DNA of 64,000 bases from NCBI GenBank assembly GCA_964016885.1, contig OZ024742.1, positions 11,098,001 to 11,162,000 on the forward strand, given 5' to 3'. The DNA comes from Eledone cirrhosa (taxonomy: Eukaryota). The notes under the pieces are model-generated. The model searched no databases. It saw only the letters and a list, made by a program, of their open reading frames with translations, and had not been told where the DNA came from. This document shows, in pieces, positions 1 through 13,656 of the stretch (position 1 is its first letter; every line of letters begins with the position of its first letter). The position numbers and the translations under genes were made by a program.

Positions 1-118
1 CCATCATTAGTGTGATAATTTAAGGTTATTAATAGTACACATATATGTTGAGAAGAGATTGTTTTTATATTTTTCTAACTAGATTGAGGATTTGTATAGT
101 TGGGAGGATGTCCCTCGT

Positions 119-750
119 TTATGTAATATTCAGCTTGTAGTGGGAAAAAAGGGTTTTAGTTCGGTGACGGCAGAATAATGTTCGTTCAATTCTGTTATTA
201 AGCAATTTCTTCTTGTGTGTGATTATGTAATAAATCTCAAGATTACATAATTTGCAAACATTTTGGCTCCTGGAAAAGCTTTGGGTTTTAGCTAATTTCT
301 CCCATTTTAAGGTAAACTTTTGATCGCTCTCCCTGAGCGTCCAAGCTTTTTTTGCTAAAGTTGTTACATTTCTTTGGCTCTGGTGTTTTATTGAGTAAGA
401 ATGCCTATACAATCGAGATTTAAACGATGTTGCCGTTGATCCCACGTAATACCACTCGTTGCCTCCGGATTCAATGGTACACTTATAGATGATATTTTTT
501 TCAAGGCAGTTATTGCCGAGGGGCAATTGTCAGGATAGGTGCAGTTACAGTTGTGGACGTTGGTTTTGTAGTTAGGTTCACTCTGGAGTAGTATTGCGGA
601 CGAACTTAGGTGTGGTTTATTTATGTTCTGTAGTGTATTGTCTACTGTTTTTTTTGTGCTCTTTGTACTTAAGTTTTTAGTGTTTTCGTTTAACCTTCTA
701 GTATTGATCTTTTTTATGTGTTGTTCAAGGTTTAACGCTGTAGAGTACAA
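119..750 (-). mobile_element. 5'-truncated, frameshifted Penelope-like element fragment (Cys-rich linker plus GIY-YIG endonuclease); 3' end runs off the left edge of the window
   Basis: ORFs 388-750 and 119-526 give CNCTYPDNC/PLGNNCLEKNIIYKCTIE..WYYVGSTATSFKSRLYRH..CKLCNLE..LLNNRIE..CRHR. This is a GIY-YIG variant (IIY..YVG) and clearly homologous to 58273-58830. Confidence 0.9.
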
Positions 751-938
751 ACAAACCGAACATTATAATATATGTTCGGTAAACACATACGTACACACAT
801 ATATGTGTGCATCTATGTATGTGTATACATACTACTGTACGTCTGTATACATATATGTATGTACGTATAGATACTTATATTTAAGTATCAGCCGTACTAA
901 GAGTGAGAAATGAAATTTCAATTTCATTTTTTCCATTT

Positions 939-969
<31 letters not shown>

Positions 970-975
<6 letters not shown>

Positions 976-1430
976 TAACAGATTAAAGTTTAAGCAAAGA
1001 ATCGCTGCTTTCACTCTTAACGGGATTTTCTGAAACTAACAAAGTCAATCTATGAACGCAGAAGTGGATATTTCAAAAAACGTTGCAACCGGAGGAAGAC
1101 AGGAAGACGATACTTTGGTTCGTGGAAACGTTCCCTGGCAAAGAACGGGAAAAAACGAATACGTCATTAATTGGAGAAGTGAAAAACAGAACCACGTTTA
1201 TGGTATAAAAGAAGTCGTAGACTAAAATTCTATTAGGTGGTTCATAGAGACGTTCTCTGGCAATGAGCGGAAAAAACGAAGATAATACGTCATATGTGGA
1301 GCGTAGAGAACAATTACACGCAAAGACCAAACCACGTAAACGGTATAACTGAAGTCGTAGACTAAAATTCTAACTAGGAAACCGAATTATTCTCCGCTTC
1401 AGAGTTAAGAATAAAGTAAATAAAATACAG
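970..1430. repeat. Unclassified interspersed repeat abutting (TA)n, with internal direct repeats
   Basis: gaagtcgtagactaaaattcta occurs at 1211 and 1351. The first ~49 bp recur in reverse complement at 54591-54639. Confidence 0.5.
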
Positions 1431-1610
1431 AGATAATTGAAATTAAATAAATACATACACGGATCCAAATACGTACATACTCAAGCATACGCGAAAACAC
1501 TCGCCTTAGGTATACAAAACCATATATATATATATGAAAAAAGGAGAGCAATGAGAAAAGGAGTGCAAGGAGAGTAAGGAGAGCAAGGAGAGCAAGGAGA
1601 GGTTAAGGCA

Positions 1611-3141
<1,531 letters not shown>

Positions 3142-3257
3142 ATATATATATATAAATTTATGTTTCACTGTGCCGAACATTTATTGTGTATATATTTAAC
3201 ACACTAGCTAGCTAGCTTATTACATACCCACCTACCAACCAACATACATAACCTAGA

Positions 3258-3402
3258 ACTAGACTGGGACTTTTGTATCAACCTTGAATGGATGGAAGAC
3301 AAAGCTGACCTCGATGGGATTTGAAATCAGAAAGCAAAGATTCGAAACGAATACAGCAAAACATTCTATCTGATTTTCTAACGACTCTGCCAATACGCCA
3401 CC
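3258..3402 (-). mobile_element. Degenerate tRNA-derived SINE
   Basis: ggatggaagacaaagctgacctcgatgggatttgaaatcaga matches the SINE at 2001-2185. Confidence 0.7.
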
Positions 3403-3419
3403 CATACATCCCCTATGTA

Positions 3420-3537
3420 TGGTCAGTAACTCAGAAGAGAATCTTTGGGGTGCCGTCTTGAGATAAGGCGTCCTAGGACATTTTAAAACCTGGCGGAGCC
3501 CATCTCCTCTCCAGGTTTAAATACAGCAGATTTCTTC
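3420..3537 (-). other. Exon-like segment (possible terminal exon) with acceptor ctctttctcag; paralogous to 10385-10507
   Basis: CAG at 3540-3538 on the minus strand preceded by a pyrimidine tract. Shares gaagaaatctgctgtatt..acctg.agag.agatgg.ctc.gccag with the 10.4-kb copy. Reading frame unresolved. Confidence 0.3.
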
Positions 3538-3540
3538 CTG

Positions 3541-6500
3541 AGAAAGAGATATAGAGAGAGTGAGAGAAAGGATGTGAGAAAGAGATATAGAGAGAGTGAG
3601 AGAAAGGAAGAGAGAAAGAGATATAGAGGGAGTGAGAGAAAAGAAGTGGGAAAGAGATATAGAGGGAGGGAGAGAAAGGAAGTGAGAAAGAGATATAGAG
3701 AGAGTGAGAGAAAGGATGTGAGAAAGAGATATAGAGAGTGAGAGAAAGGATGTGAGAAAGAGATATAGAGAGAGTGAGAGAAAGGATGTGAGAAAGAGAT
3801 ATAGAGAGAGTGAGAGAAAGGAAGAGAGAAAGAGATTTAGAGGGACTGAGAGAAAAGAAGTGAGAAAGAGATATAGAGGGAGGGAGAGAAAGGAAGTGAG
3901 AAAGAGATATAGAGAGAGTGAGAGAAAGGATGTGAGAAAGAGATATAGAGAGAGTGAGAGAAAGGAAGAGAGAAAGAGATTTAGAGGGACTGAGAGAAAA
4001 GAAGTGGGAAAGAGATATAGAGGGAGGGAGAGAAAGGAAGTGAGAAAGAGATATAGAGAGAGTGAGAGAAAGGATGTGAGAAAGAGATATAGAGAGAGTG
4101 AGAGAAAGGAAGAGAGAAAGAGATATAGAGGGAGTGAGAGAAAAGAAGTGAGAAAGAGATATGGAGGGAGGGAGAGAAAGGAAGAGAGAAAGAGATATAG
4201 AGGGAGTGAGAGAAAAGAAGTGAGAAAGAGATATAGAGGGAGGGAGAGAAAGGAAGTGAGAAAGAGATATAGAGAGAGTGAGAGAAAGGATGTGGGAAAG
4301 AGATATAGAGAGAGTGAGAGAAAGGAAGAGAGAAAGAGATTTAGAGGGACTGAGAGACAGGAAGATATAGAGGGAGTGAGAGACAGGAAGAGAGAAAGAG
4401 ATATAGAGGGAGTGAGAGACAGGAAGAGAGAAAGAGATATAGAGGGAGTGAGAGGCAGGAAGAGAGAAAGAGATATAGAGGGAGTGAGAGAAAGGGAGAA
4501 AGAGATATAGAGGGAGTGAGAGAAAGGAAGAGAGAAAGAGATATAGAGGGAGTGAGAGATAGAAAGAGAGAAAGAGATATAGAGGGAGTGAGAGACAGGA
4601 AGAGAGAAAGAGATATAGAGGGAGTGAGAGGCAGGAAGAGAGAAAGAGATATAGAGGGAGTGAGAGAAAGGGAGAAAGAGATATAGAGGGAGTGAGAGAA
4701 AGGAAGAGAGAAAGAGATATAAAGGGAGTGAGAGACAGGAAGAGAGAAAGAGATATAGAGGGAGTGAAAGAAAGGAAGAGAGAAAGAGATATAGAGGGAG
4801 TGAGAGAAAGGAAGAGAGAAAGAGATATAGAGGGAGTGAGAGGCAGGAAGAGAGAAAGAGATATAGAGGGAGTGAGAGAAAGAGATATAGAGGGAGTGAG
4901 AGAAAGGGAGAAAGAGATATAGAGGGAGTGAGAGAAAGGAAGAGAGAAAGAGATATAAAGGGAGTGAGAGACAGGAAGAGAGAAAGAGATATAGAGGGAG
5001 TGAAAGAAAGGAAGAGAGAAAGAGATATAGAGGGAGTGAGAGAAAGGAAGAGAGAAAGAGATATAGAGGGAGTGAGAGGCAGGAAGAGAGAAAGAGATAT
5101 AGAGGGAGTGAGAGAAAGGAAGAGAGAAAGAGATATAGAGGGAGTGAGAGAAAGAGATATAGAGGGAGTGAGAGAAAGGAAGAGAGAAAGAGATATAGAG
5201 GGAGTGAGAGAAAGGAAGAGAGAAAGAGATATAGAGGGAGTGAGAGAAAAGAAGTGAGAAAGAGATATAGAGGGAGGGAGAGAAAGGAAGTGAGAAAGAG
5301 ATATAGAGGGAGTGAGAGAAAGGATGTGAGAAAGAGATATAGAGGGAGGGAGAGAAAGGAAGTGAGAAAGAGATATAGAGAGAGTGAGAGAAAGGATGTG
5401 AGAAAGAGATATAGAGAGAGTGAGAGAAAGGATGAGAGAAAGAGATTTAGAGGGACTGAGAGACAGGAAGATATAGAGGGAGTGAGAGACAGGAAGAGAG
5501 AAAGAGATATAGAGGGAGTGAGAGACAGGAAGAGAGAAAGATATATAGAGGGAGTGAGAGGCAGGAAGAGAGAAAGAGATATAGAGGGAGTGAGAGAAAG
5601 GGAGAAAGAGATATAGAGGGAGTGAGAGAAAGGAAGAGAGAAAGAGATATAGAGTGAGTGAGAGATAGAAAGAGAGAAAGAGATATAGAGGGAGTGAGAG
5701 ACAGGAAGAGAGAAAGAGATATAGAGGGAGTGAGAGACAGGAAGAGAGAAAGAGATATAGAGGGAGTGAGAGGCAGGAAGAGAGAAAGAGATATAGAGGG
5801 AGTGAGAGAAAGGGAGAAAGAGATATAGAGGGAGTGAGAGAAAGGAAGAGAGAAAGAGATATAAAGGGAGTGAGAGACAGGAAGAGAGAAAGAGATATAG
5901 AGGGAGTGAAAGAAAGGAAGAGAGAAAGAGATATAGAGGGAGTGAGAGAAAGGAAGAGAGAAAGAGATATAGAGGGAGTGAGAGGCAGGAAGAGAGAAAG
6001 AGATATAGAGGGAGTGAGAGAAAGAGATATAGAGGGAGTGAGAGAAAGGAAGAGAGAAAGAGATATAGAGGGAGTGAGAGAAAGGAAGAGAGAAAGAGAT
6101 ATAGAGGGAGTGAGAGAAAGGAAGAGAGAAAGAGATATAGAGGGAGTGAGAGAAAAGAAGTGAGAAAGAGATATAGAGGGAGGGAGAGAAAGGAAGTGAG
6201 AAAGAGATATAGAGGGAGTGAGAGAAAGGATGTGAGAAAGAGATATAGAGAGAGTGAGAGAAGGGAAGAGAGAAAGAGATATAGAGGGACTGAGAGACAG
6301 GAAGATATAGAGGGAGTGAGAGACAGGAAGAGAGAAAGAGATATAGAGGGAGTGAGAGACAGGAAGAGAGAAAGAGATATAGAGGGAGTGAGAGGCAGGC
6401 AGAGAGAAAGAGATATAGAGGGAGTGAGAGAAAGGGAGAAAGAGATATAGAGGGAGTGAGAGAAAGAAAGAGAGAAAGAGATATAGAGGGAGTGAGAGAC

Positions 6501-7325
6501 AGGAAGAGAGAAAGAGATATAGAGGGAGTGAGAGAAAGGAAGAGAGAAAGAGATATAGAGGGAGTGAGAGAAAGGAAGAGAGAAAGAGATATAGAGGGAG
6601 TGAGAGACAGGAAGAGAGAAAGAGATATAGAGGGAGTGAGAGAAAGGAAGAGAGAAAGAGATATAGAGGGAGTGAGAGAAAGGAAGAGAGAAAGAGATAT
6701 AGAGGGAGTGAGGGAAAGGAAGAGAGAAAGAGATATAGAGGGGGTGAGAGAAAAGAAGTGAGAAAGAGATATAGAGGGAGGGAGAGAAAGAGATATAGAG
6801 GGAGTGAGAGAAAGGAAGAGAGAAAGAGATATAGAGGGAGTGAGAGAAAGGAAGAGAGAAAGAGATATAGAGGGAGTGAGAGAAAAGAAGTGAGAAAGAG
6901 ATAGAAAGGGAGTGAGAGAAAGGAAGAGAGAAAGAGATATAGAGGGAGTGAGAGAAAGGAAGTGAGAAAGAGATATAGAGGGAGTGAGAGAAAGGAAGTG
7001 AGAAAGAGATATAGAGGGAGTGAGAGAAAGGAAGAGAGAAAGAGATATAGAGGGAGTGAGAGAAAGGAAGAGAGAAAGAGATATAGAGGGAGTGAGAGAA
7101 AGGAAGAGAGAAAGAGATATAGAGGGAGTGAGAGAAAGGAAGTGAGAAAGAGATATAGAGGGAGTGAGAGAAAGGAAGAGAGAAAGAGATATAGAGTGAG
7201 TGAGAGAAAAGAAGAGAGAAAGTGATATAGAGGGAGTGAGAGAAAGGAAGAGAGAAAGAGATATAGAGGGAGTGAGAGAAACGAAGAGAGAAAGAGATAT
7301 AGCGGGAGTGAGAAAGAGATATAGA
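3541..7325. repeat. 36-bp purine-rich minisatellite (agaaagagatatagagggagtgagagaaaggaagag), about 105 units, with internal block duplications
   Basis: 12-aa periodicity in ORFs (RERKRERDIEGV). Variant gatttagagggactgagagacaggaagata recurs at about 4340 and 5445, with a similar unit at about 6280. Confidence 0.95.
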
Positions 7326-7490
7326 GGAAGAATTGACCTCAGTATTTGACTGGTACTTTTTTATCGATTTCGAAAGGATGAAAGGCAAAGTTGACCTTGG
7401 TGGGATTTGATCTCAGAGAGCAGAGAGACGAAACAAATACCGCAAAGCATTCTATCTGACGTTCTAACAACTCTGACAATTTGCTGCCTT
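7326..7490 (-). mobile_element. tRNA-derived SINE
   Basis: ttatcgatttcgaaaggatgaaaggcaaagttgaccttggtgggatttgatctcaga. Confidence 0.75.
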
Positions 7491-7492
7491 AT

Positions 7493-8680
7493 ATGAAATA
7501 TACCATCCCACATGAAATATATTATCACTATAAAATATACCATCCCACATGAAATATATTATCACTATAAAATATACCATCCCACATGAAATATTCCATC
7601 ATTATAAAATATACCATCCCACATGAAATATATTATCACTATGAAATATACCATCCCACATGAAATATATTATCACTATAAAATATACCATCCCACATGA
7701 AATATTCCATCATTATAAAATATACCATCCCACATGAAATATATTATCACTATAAAATATACCATCCCACATGAAATATTCCATCATTATAAAATATACC
7801 ATCCCATATGAACTATATTATCACTATGAAATATACCATCCCACATGAAATATATTATCACTATAAAATATACCATCCCACATGAAATATTCCATCATTA
7901 TAAAATATACCATCCCACATGAAATATATTATCACTATAAAATATACCATCCCACATGAAATATACCATCACTATAAAATATACCATCCCGCATGAAATA
8001 TACCATCACTATAAAATATACCATCCCACATGAAATATTCCATCATTATAAAATATACCATCCCACATGAAATATACCATCACTATAAAATATACCATCC
8101 CACATGAAATATACCATCACTATAAAATATACCATCCCACATGAAATATACCATCACTATAAAATATACCATCCCACATGAAATATTCCATCATTATAAA
8201 ATATACCATCCCACATGAAATATACCATCACTATAAAATATACCATCCCACATGAAATATACCATCACTATAAAATATACCATCCCGCATGAAATATATT
8301 ATCACTATAAAATATACCATCCCACATGAAATATACCATCACTATAAAATATACCATCCCACATGAACTATATTATCACTATAAAATATACCATCCCACA
8401 TGAAATATACCATCACTATAAAATATACCATCCCGCATGAAATATATTATCACTATAAAATATACCATCCCACATGAAATATTCCATCATTATAAAATAT
8501 ACCATCCCATATGAACTATATTATCACTATAAAATATACCATCCCACATGAAATATACCATCATTATAAAATATACCATCCCACATGAACTATATTATCA
8601 TTATATAATATACCATCCCACATGAAATATACCATCATTACTATCACTATATCATCCAACATGAAATATATCATCGTTAC
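7493..8680. repeat. 37-bp minisatellite made of two related 18/19-bp subunits (atgaaatataccatcact + ataaaatataccatcccac), about 32 units
   Basis: Period of 37 (atgaaatat at 7512 and 7549). One further unit at about 8785-8835. Confidence 0.95.
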
Positions 8681-8780
8681 CGAGGTTAACTTTGCTTTTC
8701 ATCTTTACAGGGTCGATAAAACAAAATACCAGTAATGCACTAGGTAATTGCTGGCCTTGTGCCAAAAGTAGAAACAATTA
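8680..8780 (+). mobile_element. 5'-truncated SINE (plus strand) interrupting the end of the 37-bp minisatellite
   Basis: ccgaggttaactttgcttttcatctttacagggtcgataaaacaaaatacc...gctggccttgtgccaaaagtagaaacaa. Confidence 0.75.
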
Positions 8781-9222
8781 TATTATATACCATCCCACAT
8801 GAAATATACCATCGTTACTATCACTATAAAATATACGATAATGATCTCTTGCTCAAACACAGTTATAATGTCGCCACCTATGAGCCTACCTGTACCCAAG
8901 TAAAAAGCTGATGTTTCAAAGCTGATATGTCAAAACCTAGTGGAACTGGCTTCTACCAATGTTTTAGTTATATTGTTAACAACCAGCATGGAACTAATGG
9001 TTGCACAAATAGGATTTACCAAATATTCCGAAACTAAATTAACCACTATCTAGTTAATATAATATACCATAATAACAAAATATAAGTGTATATGTATGTG
9101 TTTATATATGTATGTACGTATATATGGATGTGTTTATATAGGTATGTATATGTGTATGTATGTATTTATGTATGTATGCATGTCTGTACGTATATATGTA
9201 AGTATATGCTTCCAAACACACA

Positions 9223-9274
<52 letters not shown>

Positions 9275-10016
9275 CAGAGAGAGAAAGAGAGAGAGCAAAT
9301 TTGCACATGCAAAAAAAAACATATACATAAATACATAATGTCGCTTAGCATATAACATATTTGCAATAAAATATTTACACACACACACACACACATACAC
9401 ACACTCAATACACACCCACATACGTACAGACGCATATATATTCACACACTCATACACATGCGGATCTATGTGTATAAACATTCTGTTGTAAATTCAAGCG
9501 ACTTTATATAAGGCGATTTTATACGTTACTAATGTATAAGGAAATAACTTTTTATACTACTCGTATAAAAAATGTTTAATAAAAGGCAACCTTTATACTA
9601 AATCTATAGTAAAAATATATGTTCGATAATGAAAGTATAATAAAATAGTAAAATGTTCGATTTTTAAACTAAATATAAGTAAAAGTAGAATTCCTATAGT
9701 GAATATGTTTAGAAAAGTTAACTTTATGTATAGAATATGTACTAACAATATATTTTATAGTCAGATGTTTTGTAAATGTCTGCTACATAGACTAAGGCTT
9801 CTTTATGTACTCAATATATTCTATATGTGTTATTTATATTCGGCTCTACTTACGATGTCACCTCTGGGATCGCATACCCATTATGGCCCCAGTTTCAACG
9901 AGCAGGAGAAAGAAGAAAGAGGAAGAGTTCTTCATATACTAAATGGGACAAGACACTCAACAAAACCGAAATAACAAGAAACAAAGAACCTCCGCCCCAA
10001 AAGGAAATAATTTAGA

Positions 10017-10380
10017 TCTTTCTACTTTTGGCACAAGGCCAGCAAGTATCCCAGTGTATTACTGGTACTTTATTTTATCGACCCCGTAAGGATGAAAGCA
10101 AAGTTAACCTCGGCGGGATTTGAACTCAGATCATAAAGGGCCGTAATTCTATGCTGTAAAGCATGGCGTCCGACCCTCTACCGATACTGCCAATCCAGAG
10201 TAATAACAATGGTTTTTGGTTTAGGCACAAAGCCAACAATTTTGGGGGAGGAGAAATTTGATTAAATCGACCCCAGTGCATTACTGATACCTTATTTTAT
10301 CGACGTGATTTGAACTGAGAGCGCAGAGACAGAACGGATACCACAAAACATTCTAGACGACGTTCTATCGTCTCTGTCAA
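10017..10380 (-). mobile_element. Two tandem tRNA-derived SINE copies (about 10017-10196 and 10200-10380)
   Basis: First copy closely matches 2001-2185. Second lacks part of the central domain. Confidence 0.75.
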
Positions 10381-10539
10381 TGTAAATATGTTTGGTCTCA
10401 TAACTGCTGCTGGAGTGAAGGGCTGCCTTTGTTGTATATGGCGCTTCATGGGCAAAGTCTGGCAGAGACCATCTTCTCTTCAGGTCTGAATACAGCAGAT
10501 TTCTTCCAGGGAAGGATAGAAAGTGAGAAAGAGATATAG

Positions 10540-10710
10540 AAGAAGAATCGATCCCATTACTAGGCTAGTACATTTTCTTTATCGACTTCCAAAGGATGAA
10601 GGGCAAAGTTGACCTAGGCTGGATTTGAAATCAGGGAGAAGAGAGCCGAACCGAATTACTCCTAAGCATTCTATCCGGCATTCAAACCACTCTGTCAATT
10701 CGCTGCCTGT
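10540..10710 (-). mobile_element. Degenerate tRNA-derived SINE
   Basis: atcgacttccaaaggatgaagggcaaagttgacctaggctggatttgaaatcag. Confidence 0.7.
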
Positions 10711-11238
10711 TACCAGCTAAACTATCCCCATTATGTAACTGGTATTACACTTACACAGGATCAGTGCAACCCTTTTTTTTACACTCCTATGAAAAATCAG
10801 CTTCTAAGATTATTTATAATATTTATTATATATATTGACTGAGAGAGAGAGAGAGGGAGGGGGGGGGGGGGAGAGATGTATGTGTATGTATTGACAACAA
10901 ATGAGGCCTAACAAGATGAAAATCAAGATAATCGCGTTGCTCACAGCACTGGTTGTTTTGAGTAGGACAGGGAATATATTATTAAGAGTAGAATTGTTAG
11001 ATTAATTGTGCTCTTCATTAATATGAGATTAGAATTAACAGAGATAATAGAGTTGGAAATCTATGGAATAAAGGAAAGAATTAGATAATCTTTGAGGCGA
11101 GTGATCATTACGTATGAAAGAGCAAACCAACTTTGACGACTCAAACCAACAATGAAATCTTTAGGTGACTTATTTGACCTGACAAAAATATCAGACAGGT
11201 TTTCATGAAATACTCAGAAATAGCGGGTTTATAGGAAA

Positions 11239-11480
11239 TCATCATCATCATCATCATTTTACGTCCACATTTCCCTGCTTGCAAGGGTGGAGCGGGTCCT
11301 ATTCAGCACAGCATCTCTCCACTTGTCACGGTCCTTCGTCATCATCTCCGTGAGTTTCAGCGATCTGAGGTCTGCTCTCAGCACCTCCGCCCATGTTTTT
11401 CGTGGTCTTCCTCTACTGCGTCTTCCTTCTAGGATTTCTGGGCACTTATTTACCTAGCGGTCATCCTCCATGCGCATCAC
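11239..11480 (-). mobile_element. 3' end of an RTE-clade LINE with (ATG)n tail
   Basis: Minus-strand translation LEGRRSRGRPRKTWAEVLRADLRSLKLTEMMTKDRDKWRDAV; (cat)n at 11239-11257. Confidence 0.8.
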
Positions 11481-12149
11481 ATTACTAACTCAATGAGGTT
11501 TAGTTGAAACACATAAGCCAGCGAACCAGTCCCACAGTGCTAACAAAATGGATATCTGTAATGGGGCGATCGCACGTCGTATAAAACTAAATTTGATAAT
11601 ATAGTATTAGATACACTAGCAGAAAAACCACACTTCGGTGGTTTTCTGCTAGCATGTATATATACGCAAGTATATATACATGTAGATATAATACATCGAA
11701 TAAAATCGTAATTGACAATATACACAGAAATTGAAAGAAGACTGCGTTACACTGTCTTATGTAATCAGTAAAGTAATCCATGATACATTAAAAAAAGACG
11801 ATATTATATATAAACTCAATTAGAAGAAAATTAGTGACGGAAATATATGAATGTTTATTTAAGCGATCGTTAACTGGAAGTGTTGACATTTGAAAATTTT
11901 AAAGAAGTGAATCTTTAAATAAACAATAAAATATATTTAATACACAGATACGAAATTTAGTAGATAAATTACGTAATATTCATTCATTATTTATTCAAAG
12001 TAATACAACTTATTTTACTATTGGGATAAAGAAAATTATAAACCGTATGCAGTCCCGCACTCCTTACTTTATTATAGTTTAGATAATACTTGAGAAAATA
12101 AATCGGGATGGACATTAATGGAATGTTGTCTTACTCAGTCAGGTGCTTT

Positions 12150-12245
12150 ACTTTGGAATTAGGATGTTCAGCCCACGATTTCGATTGTAGGTGGTATGTT
12201 GAGTCCTTGAGCAAGACTTTTTATTTCCCGTTACTCCAGTTCACA
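12150..12245 (+). mobile_element. Degenerate CORE-type SINE remnant
   Basis: gtccttgagcaagactttttatttcccgttactccagttcac resembles 55180-55215. Confidence 0.45.
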
Positions 12246-12355
12246 CAAACACACAAAAGCATACAAACTTATCCACACTCACTCACACTCACACATGGGA
12301 ACACTATCACATACACACGCACTCAGACACACACCTTTACACTTTCACACACACA

Positions 12356-13475
12356 GCAACAATAGTAGCAAGAAAAGCAGGAACTGCAACACCAACAACA
12401 CCAACAACATCAACAACAACAACAACAACAAAAACAACAAAAAGCACAACACCAACATCACCAACACCACAAATAGCAACAACTACAACATCATCAACAC
12501 CACCACGATCAGCAACAAACACACCACTAACAACCACAACAACAACACACCACCACCACCATCAACAACAACAACAATAACACCAACATCACCAACAACA
12601 ACACACCACCACCAACAACAACAACATCAACACCACCATCACCAACAACAACAACACACCACAACCACCACCAACAACAACACACCACCATCACCAACAA
12701 CACACCAAAACCACCACCAACAACAACAACACACCACTACCACCACTACCATCACGACCATCACCCCCACCACACAGCACCACCATCACCACACACCACC
12801 ACCATCACCACACACCACCACCATCACTACCACAACACCACTACCACCACACACCACCACACACCACCACCACCATCAACAACACACCACTACCACCACC
12901 ACCACCAACGCCACCACACACTAACACCACCATCAACAACACACCACTAACACCAGCACCACCGCCGCCACCACCACCATCAACAATACACCACTACCAC
13001 CACCACCACCACCACCACCACCACACACTACCACACCACCACCACCACACACTAAAACCACCATCAACAACACACCACTACCACCACCACCACCGCCACC
13101 ACCATCATTACCACCACACCACCACCATCACACACTACCACCACCATCAACAACACACCACCACCACCATCAACAACACACCACTACCACCACCTCCACC
13201 ACCACCACCACCACCACCACCACCACACTTTACCACCACCATCAACAATACACCACTACCACCACCACCACCAACACCACACACTACCACCACCATCAAC
13301 AACAAACCGCTACCACCACCACCACCACCACCACAACGACTACCACGCCACCACCACCACACACTACCACCACCATCAACAACATCACCACCACCACCAC
13401 CTCCACCACCACCACCACCACACCACCACCACCACACACTACCACCACCATCAACAACACACCACCACCAACACC
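12356..13475. repeat. (CAA)/(CAC) low-complexity trinucleotide region
   Basis: Direct reading; produces the poly-T/H/Q and poly-G/V/W pseudo-ORFs. Confidence 0.9.
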
Positions 13476-13503
13476 ATGTGACCAATATATCTGAAATTCT
13501 CAC

Positions 13504-13633
13504 CTTATTCTCTGTTATATTCCACAACCGTAGATCATTCTGGAGCTCTGCCATGTATTTCTTCTTGTTGTTGAACGCCGCCACATAAGTTGCCCTCTCT
13601 TTCCAGGTGATTAGGGTTCCTATCTTCCTGTCA
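13504..13633 (-). CDS. Putative internal coding exon (130 nt) of an unidentified host gene
   Basis: Minus strand ttctttctatctaatttcAG|T GAC AGG...AAT AAG|GTGAGA. Open frame DRKIGTLITWKERATYVAAFNNKKKYMAELQNDLRLWNITENK. It is the only complex sequence between two repeats. Confidence 0.65.
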
Positions 13634-13656
13634 CTGAAATTAGATAGAAAGAACAA

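Noticed and set aside
4341-7388. 1015-aa S/L/F-rich ORF and opposite-strand R/E/K-rich ORFs
   Set aside because: Translation of a stop-poor 36-bp minisatellite; the frame switches with unit indels
8840-9040. Possible minus-strand exon ending CAG|GTAGGC
   Set aside because: The frames examined contain stops and no motif was recognised
12295-13480. Poly-T/H/Q and poly-G ORFs (mucin- or glycine-rich-like)
   Set aside because: CAC/CAA low-complexity DNA without splice or domain support
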